DNA of 64,000 nucleotides from an uncultured virus (IMG/VR IMGVR_UViG_3300031370_000004) (IMGVR_UViG_3300031370_000004:1-64000); one strand, 5' to 3'; positions 39,849-49,828 are shown, numbered from the stretch's first letter. Made by a program: numbers and translations. The notes: generated from the letters alone by a model not told the origin.

Positions 39849-40875
39849 ATTAAGCAAAGAATATTTAAAGAAAATAATCGATAGCGCGAACGAAGTGATC
39901 ACGGCGCTGGCCGATGAAAACCCGGACCTGTGCAAAGAGAACACGGACGGGATGATCCACGCGTGGGATTACCTGAATGATGACGTGGCCACGCCTCAGG
40001 TAGTGCGTAATATGGCCCACCAGCTGCTTGCCGGCATGGAGCAAGAGCCACTGTATCAGGTGAGGTATGGCGAGCACTGGCGGGACCTGGATAAAGTGCA
40101 GTACGACGATCACGTTAAACTCGGAGCTGAAAGCCTGCGCATTCTCTACGCCGCCCCGTCAGCGCCGGTAGCGATGAAAGACCATCAGATTCGCGACCTG
40201 GTAAATGAGCTGCGCGATATCGCCATCGAATATCACGGCACCCAGCAACTACGTGAACGCATTGCTCACACAGTCCGCGCCGCCATGCTCCAGGGTAAAG
40301 CCGAAATTCAGAAGCAAGGGTTAACTGCCTGGTACGGATCCATGCCTGAATCAAACGGTAAAACTAACTGGACCGCGATTTTGCATCGAAAAGACCAGCG
40401 CCAGTGGGAAGGCATCACAGTAGACCGCTCTGAGTATCCTGATCGTGTTCGATACGAAGCTGACAGAATGCGTCACCTGATTGGTGAGTTAGCGGATGCG
40501 CCGGATATTTTGACGTACGATGCCGACGCACACAGCGGATATGTTGAACAACCAGCGGATGCCGAGGGGCTGGAGCGGCGTGTTAACGATCTGAGCTCGG
40601 TTGTGCAGCAGCGCAATGGGGAATGTGATCGCCTGGTCATCGAGCAGCAGAATTTGGTGATGTTGATAAAGGTACTGTGCCGCTCATTGAAGAAATATAA
40701 CCACAGCAGTGAGCTTGTAAAGCGCGCAACCAGTTACCTCACCAGGGGAGGTTTTATAAGCGCAGCAGATTGTCTGCGTGGTGAGTTGCCTGGCAATTCA
40801 GAGCAACTGGACAATGCCCCTGCGCAATTTGAGGCGCTAGGAAAGCTGGTGGCCATTCCTGGTGATACAGCATAA
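39841..40875 (+). CDS. Eaa-like mosaic multi-module protein
   Basis: LLAGMEQEP, LYAAPSAPV and RAAMLQG linker motifs. Confidence 0.7.
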   Translation: MTELSKEYLKKIIDSANEVITALADENPDLCKENTDGMIHAWDYLNDDVATPQVVRNMAHQLLAGMEQEPLYQVRYGEHWRDLDKVQYDDHVKLGAESLRILYAAPSAPVAMKDHQIRDLVNELRDIAIEYHGTQQLRERIAHTVRAAMLQGKAEIQKQGLTAWYGSMPESNGKTNWTAILHRKDQRQWEGITVDRSEYPDRVRYEADRMRHLIGELADAPDILTYDADAHSGYVEQPADAEGLERRVNDLSSVVQQRNGECDRLVIEQQNLVMLIKVLCRSLKKYNHSSELVKRATSYLTRGGFISAADCLRGELPGNSEQLDNAPAQFEALGKLVAIPGDTA

Positions 40876-40885
40876 GCAGTTAAAG

Positions 40886-40912
40886 AAGGCCCGATTCACA
40901 CGGGCTTTTTTT
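40886..40912 (+). terminator. Rho-independent terminator
   Basis: AAGGCCCG-N7-CGGGCTTT followed by T residues. Confidence 0.75.
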
Positions 40913-41037
40913 ACTCAAACCGTTTTGTATCACAAAACAGATTGCAAATGGTGAGTGCCGCGCGTATATTTCTTTTCAGGCGATAAAACATCCCCTGCGA
41001 ATCGGCGCTTACCGAAATAGAGATTAAGGATCACCAA

Positions 41038-42456
41038 ATGAAACTGTCCCGCCAGAGCACCACTGAATCCGATAAATTCCATAAAGAAAGCTCTCCGTTC
41101 GGCGTCCGTTCCTCTGAGTTGCTGCGCGGTCGTAAGCATCATTTTCTGGTTGAAAAAGCCACTGAGGCTGAGCTGGAAGCGATGGATGATCTGCTGCGCG
41201 GAACAGAGTTTGGTAAATACTGTGATGATTGCCCAGTATACGATGAAGGTTATTCCTGTGGCTGGTGGATCGATATCGAAGATGTCCCGGCGTTTAAGGC
41301 TGAATACAAACGCCTGAAAGGTGAAGTCGCTGCCCGTATCGAGCAGAGCAAAGCGAAAGCGGTAGACGAAGCCCTGGCCGCGATGACTTTTACCGATGTG
41401 GCCACCATTGCCCGCGTTGCCTATAACGTCCGCACTGAGCTGCTGACCGAAAATGCCACCGTTAACAGCCTGCGTAACCCTGACTACTTCACCCCCGCCG
41501 CTAACCCGTTCCATCGTGGACGTAACGTGCTGACGGCTGACCTGTGGGCGCTGGTGGCACAATGCTTGATTATCGGCAAAAACGAGACGTGCGCCTCTCT
41601 TCACCTCCTGGAGAAGAAAGCTAACGCGGAGGTCGAGCGCCGTCATGAAGCTGACGAACCGCGCCGTGTTGCCGAAGTCATACGCGCTGAATTCTGGCTG
41701 GGCAACCCGGTACGCCAGCGTGAGGATCTGGAGCTGGCCGAGGCACTGGCACGCAAAATTGACCGCCTGATCGGTAACGCTGATCAGCTGCCGGAGTTTG
41801 GGCGGAAGTATGGCCTTACTCCTGACGATTTTGACTTTGTGCTGTCGCAGACTGAGCGCCTGCATCCGGGTATGCTGGCAGCTGATATTGAGGCGGCTCA
41901 CGGTGAAGCACTGGCGGTTAACTCCGCGCTTGACCATTCATTACCGGAATTCAGCACACCGGCATTGCAGCGTTTCTGGCCCGCCCACACCGCAGGTCTG
42001 AAAATGTTAATTATCAATGCTGCACACGCCGCAGCGCTGGAAGAAAACGACGAATTCGACGGCATTATTCGCGACGGCCTAACCCCTGAACAGCGTGCAA
42101 TCCATAACAGCCGAATGGGGATCGACATTTACGGCGAAGGCTTCAAAGAAATAGTAGGGGCTGCGCACGACGAAGCGCTGGCAATCAACTATGTGCTGGA
42201 CGCAATGCCCGACGGCGCTGGTTCGCTTAATGGATACGTGGTGCAGCATGCCGAAGGTACATTCCATAAGGTCTGCGAAAGTAACCGGACCCATAACCCG
42301 CTACAGGCGAGCTACTTTAGCCCAGAGGACCACCAGCAGGGCCGGATGAAGCAATTTTGTATGAACGGAGAGAGAATCGTGAGATTGGGTGATGCCTGCC
42401 GCTCTGTGGCCGGTCACGCGAAATCCCCTATACACCAACCCCATAAAAAGGAGTGA
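41038..42456 (+). CDS. Large hypothetical protein with internal AAH(G/A/D)(E/A)AL repeats
   Basis: 472 aa. Own promoter TTGCAA(40942)-N17-TATATT and AAGGA RBS. Confidence 0.75.
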   Translation: MKLSRQSTTESDKFHKESSPFGVRSSELLRGRKHHFLVEKATEAELEAMDDLLRGTEFGKYCDDCPVYDEGYSCGWWIDIEDVPAFKAEYKRLKGEVAARIEQSKAKAVDEALAAMTFTDVATIARVAYNVRTELLTENATVNSLRNPDYFTPAANPFHRGRNVLTADLWALVAQCLIIGKNETCASLHLLEKKANAEVERRHEADEPRRVAEVIRAEFWLGNPVRQREDLELAEALARKIDRLIGNADQLPEFGRKYGLTPDDFDFVLSQTERLHPGMLAADIEAAHGEALAVNSALDHSLPEFSTPALQRFWPAHTAGLKMLIINAAHAAALEENDEFDGIIRDGLTPEQRAIHNSRMGIDIYGEGFKEIVGAAHDEALAINYVLDAMPDGAGSLNGYVVQHAEGTFHKVCESNRTHNPLQASYFSPEDHQQGRMKQFCMNGERIVRLGDACRSVAGHAKSPIHQPHKKE

Positions 42457-42459
42457 GGA

Positions 42460-42696
42460 TTGAAAAAAAATAAAGTTGCCCCTGATGAGCTTTATCAGGG
42501 GCTGCGCGGCAACCAGAACGCCGCCAAAGAAGTACGCCGCGAAGCCGTTATTCACTCGCGCACAACCCCGGAAAAGAAGGTTCGTTATATCCGCCTGGCA
42601 AACGAGCGAGGCGTAAAACTCTCTGAGTGGGTTGATAGCGCACTTGAGAAATATGCCGACGAGCAGGAAGCCAAAAATGAGCAAAATAACACCTGA
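42460..42696 (+). CDS. Ribbon-helix-helix-like small DNA-binding protein
   Basis: IHSRTTPEKKVRYIRLANERGVKLSEWV. Confidence 0.65.
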   Translation: MKKNKVAPDELYQGLRGNQNAAKEVRREAVIHSRTTPEKKVRYIRLANERGVKLSEWVDSALEKYADEQEAKNEQNNT

Positions 42697-43375
42697 GCAG
42701 ATTCATAACGCGATGTTCAGCTCCCAAGAGGGCTATGTTGCCTATGTGATTGACTCCATCGAGTTTGACCTTGGTCGCATTCTTGCCGACGAAGAGCAGC
42801 GATCAGTTGCGCAATTTGTCGATGGGGTGATCACCACTAATGCCAACGTGAAAGAGGCCGGAGAAGTGGCCCGCGCCGCGCTGGACTACATCGACGCGAT
42901 CCCAGCTGAAATCGTCGCAACGTTCCCGGTAATGCCGGGCTTTGACCGAGACTGGGCCGAAAAGGTGCTGGCTGGTGGCGTGCCTGGCGACGTGCTGGAG
43001 CAGGCGGCACCGATTGACCGTCACCATATGGTCGATATGTCCGGCATTGAGCTGCCCGAAGATGCGGAGCGTAAAGAGGCATTTATTGACGCTATGAGGG
43101 CGCGGGATATGGGTGGATTTACCGACACACAATTAATCGCACACATCATGGACAAGGCCGCGCGTATAAAGCCTGATCGCCAAATTGATAACGAGCACCG
43201 CAAAGAGGCGCTGATGAATTTGCGCATACTTGAAATTGCGCTTGCCGCGCTGATGGCCCCGGACGATGTGCCGCGTCCGGTAATGGACGGTATTTGCGAT
43301 ATGAGTGACGGCGGCGTTGATGCGCAGGGTATCTGGGATCTGTGTAAGGCTGCAATTATCAATGGCGTTGCGTAA
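42677..43375 (+). CDS. Mosaic hypothetical protein
   Basis: MPGFDRDWA module and LEIALAALMA linker. Confidence 0.65.
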   Translation: MSKITPEQIHNAMFSSQEGYVAYVIDSIEFDLGRILADEEQRSVAQFVDGVITTNANVKEAGEVARAALDYIDAIPAEIVATFPVMPGFDRDWAEKVLAGGVPGDVLEQAAPIDRHHMVDMSGIELPEDAERKEAFIDAMRARDMGGFTDTQLIAHIMDKAARIKPDRQIDNEHRKEALMNLRILEIALAALMAPDDVPRPVMDGICDMSDGGVDAQGIWDLCKAAIINGVA

Positions 43376-43731
43376 TGGCTAATGAGTTCAAGCGCCTCAC
43401 TCAGAAAGAGAAGGACAAGCTGCGCCGTAAAGCCCTCGAAGCCCTGGCGAACGAGAACTATGGCGACGACGGCGACGGTTTCCATGAGCATGCCACCGCG
43501 CAGGCAGTGATCGCGCTGGTGGATGAAATCGCCGCCCTGAAAGCAGCGAAGAATAAACTCGATTTTACCCCAGCGCAGCTGGAGGCCATTAAGCGGATGA
43601 CCGATGACATGGCCTCAATGATTGGCTGCGGTGAAGATAAATCAGACGAGATCTGGCGCAAGAACGTGAAGCTAATTGATCGGATGTTAGAGAAAAACGG
43701 CCATAAGCGATATTTCAAAGGTGAGGACTAA
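43375..43731 (+). CDS. Ead/Ea22-like protein
   Basis: ATAQAVIALVDEI motif. Confidence 0.6.
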   Translation: MANEFKRLTQKEKDKLRRKALEALANENYGDDGDGFHEHATAQAVIALVDEIAALKAAKNKLDFTPAQLEAIKRMTDDMASMIGCGEDKSDEIWRKNVKLIDRMLEKNGHKRYFKGED

Positions 43732-43734
43732 CCG

Positions 43735-44028
43735 ATGTTAACCAAAGAGCATTTGATATGGTGCGCTCAAGAGCGCATTGGGGCTGCGCGGGAGATCGCC
43801 GAAACTACACCATCACCTGCTGAACGTTCCGCGTGTGAGGTGAGCATTGCCTTGCTTAATGCAGCACTGGCATCGCTGACGGCTGAGCCAGTGGGGTGGA
43901 CTGACGAAGTAGAGTTGCGTGATGTTGACCGAGGCGGCTGCGGATACCTGTTCACCTGCAAGCCTGTCACACCTCACGCCGATGAGCGCCGCGTGATAAA
44001 ACTTTACCGCCTGCCGGAGATCGAATAA
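43735..44028 (+). CDS. Eaa-like protein
   Basis: ALASLTAEPVGW linker. Confidence 0.6.
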   Translation: MLTKEHLIWCAQERIGAAREIAETTPSPAERSACEVSIALLNAALASLTAEPVGWTDEVELRDVDRGGCGYLFTCKPVTPHADERRVIKLYRLPEIE

Positions 44029-44462
44029 TGCAATTCACCAAAAAGCAGTTGATAGCAAGGGCGCGTAGGGTGTCAGAGATAAACGACCGACACATTGCCG
44101 CAGCGCCTGACGCTTCCGGGCTAGCAATGGATAACGCCCTATTTGAAATCGCACTGGCGGCACTGACGGCTGAACCAGTTTATTTCGTTGAAATAGAAGG
44201 CGACCAGGACATAAACGCTGGGCGTGTTACAGAGGGGAAACGTCCCGATTTAGGGCTGCTGCCGGACGGGATTAATCACCTCTACGCTGCCCCGCCAGCG
44301 CCGGTAGTGCCTGATGGCGTGCTTAACAGTCTTGAACATGAGGCAAATCACGTCACTGACTGGCATCACATGGATGAGCACTCATGCAAGGTAAATCGCC
44401 GCGACCTGCTGACGTTGGTTAATGCCTGCCGCGCCGCCATGCAACCAAAGGACGGTAAATAA
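44028..44462 (+). CDS. Eaa-like protein
   Basis: FEIALAALTAEPV, LYAAPPAPVVPD and NACRAAM linkers. Confidence 0.65.
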   Translation: MQFTKKQLIARARRVSEINDRHIAAAPDASGLAMDNALFEIALAALTAEPVYFVEIEGDQDINAGRVTEGKRPDLGLLPDGINHLYAAPPAPVVPDGVLNSLEHEANHVTDWHHMDEHSCKVNRRDLLTLVNACRAAMQPKDGK

Positions 44463-44878
44463 TGGATCCTACAAACGAGCTGTTAATCAAGATTGCCAGA
44501 ATCCGTATCGAGGAGGCGCAGACGCAACTTAACTACGGCGCTCCGGCCCAGGTGCTGGATGCCGCCCGGGTAGATTTGCGCCTGGCTGAATTGGCGCTGG
44601 TGGCACTGCAAGAGCAGGGGAAACCACCAGCCCAGCCGGTTGCCGAAGTAGTGGCATGGTCACACCCACAGAGTCCTCGCACATGCGATATCCGCGCGTT
44701 ACGCCCTGACATTGCGCCAGGGCTATTGTATGCCGCGCCGCCAGTGCAGATGGAAGCCAAAGCAGATTACACCCTGTACGAGTGTACGGGCTGCGAACAT
44801 CTTTCAGTCGATCACCACCCGACGTCTTGTGATTGTGGCTCAACGGTCTGGACTGCGATCCCAGTGGTGCGTAAATGA
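44462..44878 (+). CDS. Eaa-like protein with C-terminal zinc ribbon
   Basis: ELALVAL...QPVA, LYAAPP and CTGC...CDCG motifs. Confidence 0.6.
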   Translation: MDPTNELLIKIARIRIEEAQTQLNYGAPAQVLDAARVDLRLAELALVALQEQGKPPAQPVAEVVAWSHPQSPRTCDIRALRPDIAPGLLYAAPPVQMEAKADYTLYECTGCEHLSVDHHPTSCDCGSTVWTAIPVVRK

Positions 44879-45168
44879 GTAAACGCGAAGAGCTGCTTGC
44901 CCGTCATAGCCAGCGCCTCAACAAAATGATGCTGGAGCACCAGCAGGAGATCCACGACCTGATCGCCCAACAGCAACGCGAACTGGCCGCGCTGATGATT
45001 GCCGAGGATGACGCGCAGCGGGCGCTGGACGTGCTGAGTATCGTGAAAGCCCCGTTGCAGCATACCGCAAACGGATACTCGCAGCTGGCAGATACAGAAG
45101 ATGCGCGTTGCCTGGTGCGGATTATTAACGAGACTATGAACGAAATCCGCGAGAGATATAAGCAATGA
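44875..45168 (+). CDS. Hypothetical helical protein
   Basis: ATGA overlap coupling. Confidence 0.6.
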   Translation: MSKREELLARHSQRLNKMMLEHQQEIHDLIAQQQRELAALMIAEDDAQRALDVLSIVKAPLQHTANGYSQLADTEDARCLVRIINETMNEIRERYKQ

Positions 45169-45231
45169 GCAAGCCAATAACGGAAGAACGCCTGAAAGAG
45201 CTTAGCACAGCAACAAATCCGGTTGCCGGCA

Positions 45232-45534
45232 ATGCCAACTAAAGCAGATTTACAGGCCAAATGTGCGTTACTCGAGGCAGAGGTTGTCGATCTTCAACGG
45301 CAGCTGCTGCGCATGGAGCGAGAGTTAAGCGGCCAGCTACTGCCGGAAGAGATCGAGCCTAAGGACATGCCCACCCCGCTGCGAGCGCAGATGAAGCGGC
45401 ATAAGGTCCCCTGGGAAGCGTTCTGGTGCTATGACCATGAGCGCTGGCTGGATGAACTGAGCAGCAGCTTCCCGCATGACATCTACGGAACATGCCCGGC
45501 ATGCAGGGGGGAACATGCCGAGAACAGCGATTGA
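45232..45534 (+). CDS. Hypothetical protein
   Basis: Coiled-coil N-terminus and CYDH...CPAC motif. Confidence 0.6.
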   Translation: MPTKADLQAKCALLEAEVVDLQRQLLRMERELSGQLLPEEIEPKDMPTPLRAQMKRHKVPWEAFWCYDHERWLDELSSSFPHDIYGTCPACRGEHAENSD

Positions 45535-45775
45535 GAGAGTGGGGAATATTCATGGCCACCAATATAGCTGGTGGCAACCCGGCAGCGTTTACATCTGCGG
45601 AATATGCGGCACAGCAGAGCACCGGAATGGTCGGTACTGGTGGGCTGGGCGCTGGTCTAAGGTGGAGCCGCCATGCGGCAACAGTTCGCCAGCACCGCGG
45701 GAGAGGTACAACAGTGCCAACCTTGATCCTGAATGGCCGGACAGCCCGGATATGGCGGTGGAACAGGGCGGGTGA
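45515..45775 (+). CDS. Small zinc-binding hypothetical protein
   Basis: H...CGICG...C, purine-rich RBS. Confidence 0.5.
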   Translation: MPRTAIERVGNIHGHQYSWWQPGSVYICGICGTAEHRNGRYWWAGRWSKVEPPCGNSSPAPRERYNSANLDPEWPDSPDMAVEQGG

Positions 45776-45929
45776 GGCCTAATTTCTGAGATACCTAGCG
45801 CCCAGAATCCCGAGCAAACAGGTATGGAATGGCATTACTCATTTGCATGTGTTGACAAGCAAATGGGGAGGGTATCACTATGTCCTTGTTGTCACATGGC
45901 AAAGATAAAAGCGCTTAAGGATTCCAGTA

Positions 45930-46154
45930 ATGAACGATAAGGCAGCAGCGCGTGATCCACGCAGCTTAAACTCGATGAAAGACGTAGCACCAGCCACTGC
46001 TCATGTGCATATGCGCGTTACGCCCGATCGCAAAATCCGCTATGTGAGACAAGCGGAGAAAGAGGGGCTTAAACTCGCTGAGTGGATACAGAAACACATG
46101 GATGCCGTATGTAATGCTGCCGGTACGCCAGATACCTCGCAACACTGGGAGTAA
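45930..46154 (+). CDS. Ribbon-helix-helix-like protein, paralogue of 42460-42696
   Basis: VHMRVTPDRKIRYVRQAEKEGLKLAEWI. TTGACA at ~45852 upstream and AAGGA RBS. Confidence 0.65.
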   Translation: MNDKAAARDPRSLNSMKDVAPATAHVHMRVTPDRKIRYVRQAEKEGLKLAEWIQKHMDAVCNAAGTPDTSQHWE

Positions 46155-46472
46155 ATACGCAGCGCTGTGAGTTCACCTGGTGGGGGTGGTGCGGAAGCTC
46201 AGGACGGGTACCAAAATGCAGTAATTAAAGTTTAGTGTATTTGATATCGAGATCAAGCGACCTTCCGGCACATCACACTTGCCGCCATGCAGGAAAATAG
46301 CTACTCTACGGCTGAGGATGGCTTTGTGGCATTCTCAGATTTGACACATACCTATAAGGCGCACTTAAGCGCCTTTTTTCTTATACCTGCCTCAAAAAGC
46401 GCATAGTTTTTGCGGATAGCGCTGCTTATAATCCGACCAGATATTAATTTAGTGTTATTTGCTGGCGGCTCA

Positions 46473-46868
46473 ATGAAGAAACCCCAAAAGGTAAGCTCCT
46501 GGGAGATATCTCGCTTCATGCTTGAGAATGGCGGCGCCTTAACTGCCCCTGACGTCGCTGATATCATGCGAAGAAAATACCCTGATATGCACGTCGAACA
46601 GCGCGCCGTTTACCTGATCATGCGCTCAATCTGCTTCTCGAACTACTCCCACGCGATCGTTGATAAATCGGTCCGGCCCATGACGTTCAGGCTGGTATCG
46701 ATGGATTCGCGTTTCTTCAAAGGGAGGATGGCCTACGATCGGATGGATGAAGTTTCGAAGGAAATGGTGTCCGGTAACCGAATGGATAAGGAGGAGCAAA
46801 CCCGGGAGTTACACCGGTTTGCCCGCTCCTGTTTTGATGCGATGGTCAGGCGCTGCCGAACTTCTTAA
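46473..46868 (+). CDS. lpa: Late promoter activator, Lpa-like
   Basis: SSWEISRFM...KYPDMHVEQRAVYL...SNYS...RPMTF resembles recalled P1 Lpa. Operator immediately upstream; lies upstream of pacA. Confidence 0.7.
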   Translation: MKKPQKVSSWEISRFMLENGGALTAPDVADIMRRKYPDMHVEQRAVYLIMRSICFSNYSHAIVDKSVRPMTFRLVSMDSRFFKGRMAYDRMDEVSKEMVSGNRMDKEEQTRELHRFARSCFDAMVRRCRTS

Positions 46869-47334
46869 ATCGTTTTGTTACGGTTGTTGCAGCGGTGATC
46901 TCCTGGGAGTCACCGGCAACAGGCTGCTCATCTTCCTGATTTACCTGCGCGGGTTCGTCCTGCGCCTGCGTTGTCACTGTTTCAGCTGGCTTTGGCTCTT
47001 CCGCTGGTGGCGTTGCCGGCAAACTGCTGGTGGCCGCCGGGATTGTCGAAATATCCACATCCAGTCGCAGCTGAAAAGCCTGCAGGATCATCATTTGCTT
47101 TTCCATCTGTGACGCAAGGTGGAACTTTTGCGTATCCAGGAAGGCAAAGACATTACTCAGCCCGGCCTCTTCAACCATCGCGCCGCTACGCAGGGTATCT
47201 GTGAGGATGGCGCGCTTCACTATGCTGGTGCGTTCGCCTTTAAATCGCTCGTGTAACCGAGCGATAGAAGGGGACTGGCGAGCGGCCTGCGTGATATCCA
47301 GCTGTAATGTCTGGCGCTTAGGGCGTTCAGCCAT
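46846..47334 (-). CDS. ParR/StbB-like centromere-binding adaptor
   Basis: Directly downstream of the actin-like gene. Short beta-helix-helix N-terminus, disordered linker, basic C-terminal tip. Confidence 0.55.
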   Translation of the reverse strand: MAERPKRQTLQLDITQAARQSPSIARLHERFKGERTSIVKRAILTDTLRSGAMVEEAGLSNVFAFLDTQKFHLASQMEKQMMILQAFQLRLDVDISTIPAATSSLPATPPAEEPKPAETVTTQAQDEPAQVNQEDEQPVAGDSQEITAATTVTKRFKKFGSA

Positions 47335-47336
47335 AA

Positions 47337-48407
47337 TTATTCATTCTCCAGTTCCTGATGCTCACCGAGGGCAAGCAGATGAACACCACGTACAACTGCC
47401 ATCTCCGGCTGCTCCGGGATATACACGTACTGGTGCCACTCTTCAGCATAGTTCGGTAAATAGCTCAGTCTGCCGCCCAGCCAGTTCGCGCCGCCACCAA
47501 CGACCAGCAGCACGTCAATATCAGAAAGGTTGCGATGCAGCGCCCGGATGTCGGAGCGGATCAGGCTTGCCAGCTCCTGCGCGGCGATCTTCACCAGCTT
47601 CTCAATATTGATGCGCTTTGATGCCATCGCGGGTGCGCTGGAACCGATGTAGCCGTTTTCAATAATCGTATCGAGCGCTGCCGGGTTGATTTCTTTCGCC
47701 TCAACAATGCCCAGCTCCTGCTCGTGCTCCATCAGCAGCGCATGGAAGCGTTTAATCAGCATGTGGATGCCGTTCTCTGTCGTCAGGCGGCTAATCACGT
47801 CGTCGTTATCGTCCAGCATGGCGAGATCGCAAGTGAAGCGACCGATGTCTACAACGATGGAATGGCGCACGCCTTCCATGGCCGGGTTTTCTGAACCATC
47901 ATCTGCGACAGATGCAGAAACAAAGGCAGGCACAGCTTCGGGCCAGATTTTTACTTCCAGAATTCGCGGAGGTGTAACTTTACCGGTGTAGTTTTTCACC
48001 GGCAGCATCAGAGACTTTTTCTTCGCCTCGATGCGCTCGTGGTTAATACCGTTTTCGCCGTAGAACTGATCTGCAGGCAGGGTATCAGCAAGGATAATAT
48101 CGCGGCCTTCCAGCCCGGCTTTCACAAGGGCGTCAACAACCAGCACGCGGTTAGCGTCAGAAATTTGATACTGGGGATCGCAGGTGTCAACCAGGTCCAT
48201 GCGGGAGCCGGTGGAGGTGACAGAATAGAGTTCACCCTCTGCAGTGTGCCAGGTGCTATTGGACTCTTTACTGCCTTGCTGGAGATGGCCGCGGCGAATC
48301 ACCGAGCGCATGATGAACTGATGTGCTTTGCCGTCTTCATTAAGATAACGAACAGCAATATTTCCAGAACCGCCATCGATAGCCACTAACACAGGCTTCT
48401 GCTTCAT
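47337..48407 (-). CDS. parM: ParM/StbA actin-like partition ATPase
   Basis: AIDGGSG, PEAVPA, VVDIGRFTCD and VVGGGA actin-fold motifs. Confidence 0.9.
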   Translation of the reverse strand: MKQKPVLVAIDGGSGNIAVRYLNEDGKAHQFIMRSVIRRGHLQQGSKESNSTWHTAEGELYSVTSTGSRMDLVDTCDPQYQISDANRVLVVDALVKAGLEGRDIILADTLPADQFYGENGINHERIEAKKKSLMLPVKNYTGKVTPPRILEVKIWPEAVPAFVSASVADDGSENPAMEGVRHSIVVDIGRFTCDLAMLDDNDDVISRLTTENGIHMLIKRFHALLMEHEQELGIVEAKEINPAALDTIIENGYIGSSAPAMASKRINIEKLVKIAAQELASLIRSDIRALHRNLSDIDVLLVVGGGANWLGGRLSYLPNYAEEWHQYVYIPEQPEMAVVRGVHLLALGEHQELENE

Positions 48408-48536
48408 AAATTGCTCCTTAGATTGAATAAAAAGGTGTTTTACAGCAGCGAAAATATTGCAGAAACACATTAATTTTGCAACAAAAAACCATTCAAATTG
48501 CAGCGTAGCGCGACATTTTTAGCCTCCCGCCTCAGC

Positions 48537-48837
48537 TGATCACCAGCATGATCACCTAATGATCAGTCACTGATCAAAGCCACCTTACTTTCGTTATGAT
48601 CAATTTAGTGTCTGTTGCATTGAAGATGGCCTGCATGACCTGGGACGAACATAAAGAAAACTATAAGTTACTGCTCGCTGCCTCTCCGGGTATGACCATA
48701 GCCGAATACGCCGCCCAGCATGGGTTGAACGCTAATACAGCGCGGCGTTACCTGAGGAGTAATGAGGGGCAACCAGCAGGGCAAAAGAAGGTGATCAAGC
48801 TGGGTGGTGATCATTCGAATGATCAAACCGGTGATCA
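48537..48837. promoter_or_regulatory. pac (packaging initiation) region with clustered TGATCA hexamers
   Basis: TGATCA at 48537, 48549, 48560, 48571, 48597 and at 48792, 48808, 48820, 48832. P1 pac uses Dam-methylated TGATCA/G clusters at pacA. Confidence 0.8.
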
Positions 48838-49828
48838 CTCCAAAAAGCAGCCAAAAACACAAACCAAAACCGCACGAACCGCCAGCCGCACCGCCGGGAA
48901 GCCCAGTAAATCAGGGGCTTCTCAGGCAAGGGGCAAGAAGGCGGTCGCCACCCCGACCATGGAATTGATGGGAAAAGTGATCGCTGAGGTTCGTGATCAG
49001 GTCCCTGATTACAATCCTGCCAGTGCGCTCGATGACGCCCGGAACGTTGATCCCAACTTATTCCTTTTACCGACCCCGGAAGATATGGCCGCCGCCCGGC
49101 AGCTGCTTGAGGAGGCCGGTGCTGACAAAGTTGAAATGCTGATGATTGAAAAATCGCTGGCGCACATGCTGCTGATTGAGCGCGGGCGGCAGCAAATCAT
49201 TCAGCTCTACGGGGAAACGAAATCTAATGCGGATGATGAGGGCACGCCGCCGATCATGAAGCTGATGGGCGTGTTTCTTTCAGCCTCAGGTGCGATTGCG
49301 GACCTGTCCCGGACAATGGCCCAGCTTCGCCAGTCCTACCATAAGGAACAGCGCGAACAGGAAAAGCATGACCAGAAAATAGGTGAGCCAGCGATCATCA
49401 AGCGCGCCTACAACAAGAAGAAAAGCGAGGGCTGGAGCGCGCAGGAAACTGCGGAATACATCGAAATGAACGGGGCGAAAGTGCCGCCATTCCTGCTGGA
49501 GCTGGTTCGCGCCGAGCTGAAAGCCCCACCAGCGAAAGATGACACACCGGCAGACGTCAGCATGGAAGAGCTCGAACGTATGTCCCGTGAACGGCAGGCC
49601 ATCACTAAAGCCAGCCTGCAGGACATGATCGAGAAGAAACGTAACCTTGTGGCCGACATAGTGGAGACGCTGGGAGTAGGGGATCTCGATGAGGAGGGCA
49701 ACCTGAATGATATCGAGCTGGCCGCGCCGTTCGGCCCGGGTGAAGAGGCTGACGAAGAGCTGAACGAATCGCTGTATGGCGACGGCGAATTCGATGACGC
49801 GCGAGGTCATGACTACGATGGCGCCTAA
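48635..49828 (+). CDS. pacA: Terminase small subunit PacA
   Basis: MTWDEHK...[21 protein letters not shown], like P1 PacA. Confidence 0.9.
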   Translation: MTWDEHKENYKLLLAASPGMTIAEYAAQHGLNANTARRYLRSNEGQPAGQKKVIKLGGDHSNDQTGDHSKKQPKTQTKTARTASRTAGKPSKSGASQARGKKAVATPTMELMGKVIAEVRDQVPDYNPASALDDARNVDPNLFLLPTPEDMAAARQLLEEAGADKVEMLMIEKSLAHMLLIERGRQQIIQLYGETKSNADDEGTPPIMKLMGVFLSASGAIADLSRTMAQLRQSYHKEQREQEKHDQKIGEPAIIKRAYNKKKSEGWSAQETAEYIEMNGAKVPPFLLELVRAELKAPPAKDDTPADVSMEELERMSRERQAITKASLQDMIEKKRNLVADIVETLGVGDLDEEGNLNDIELAAPFGPGEEADEELNESLYGDGEFDDARGHDYDGA

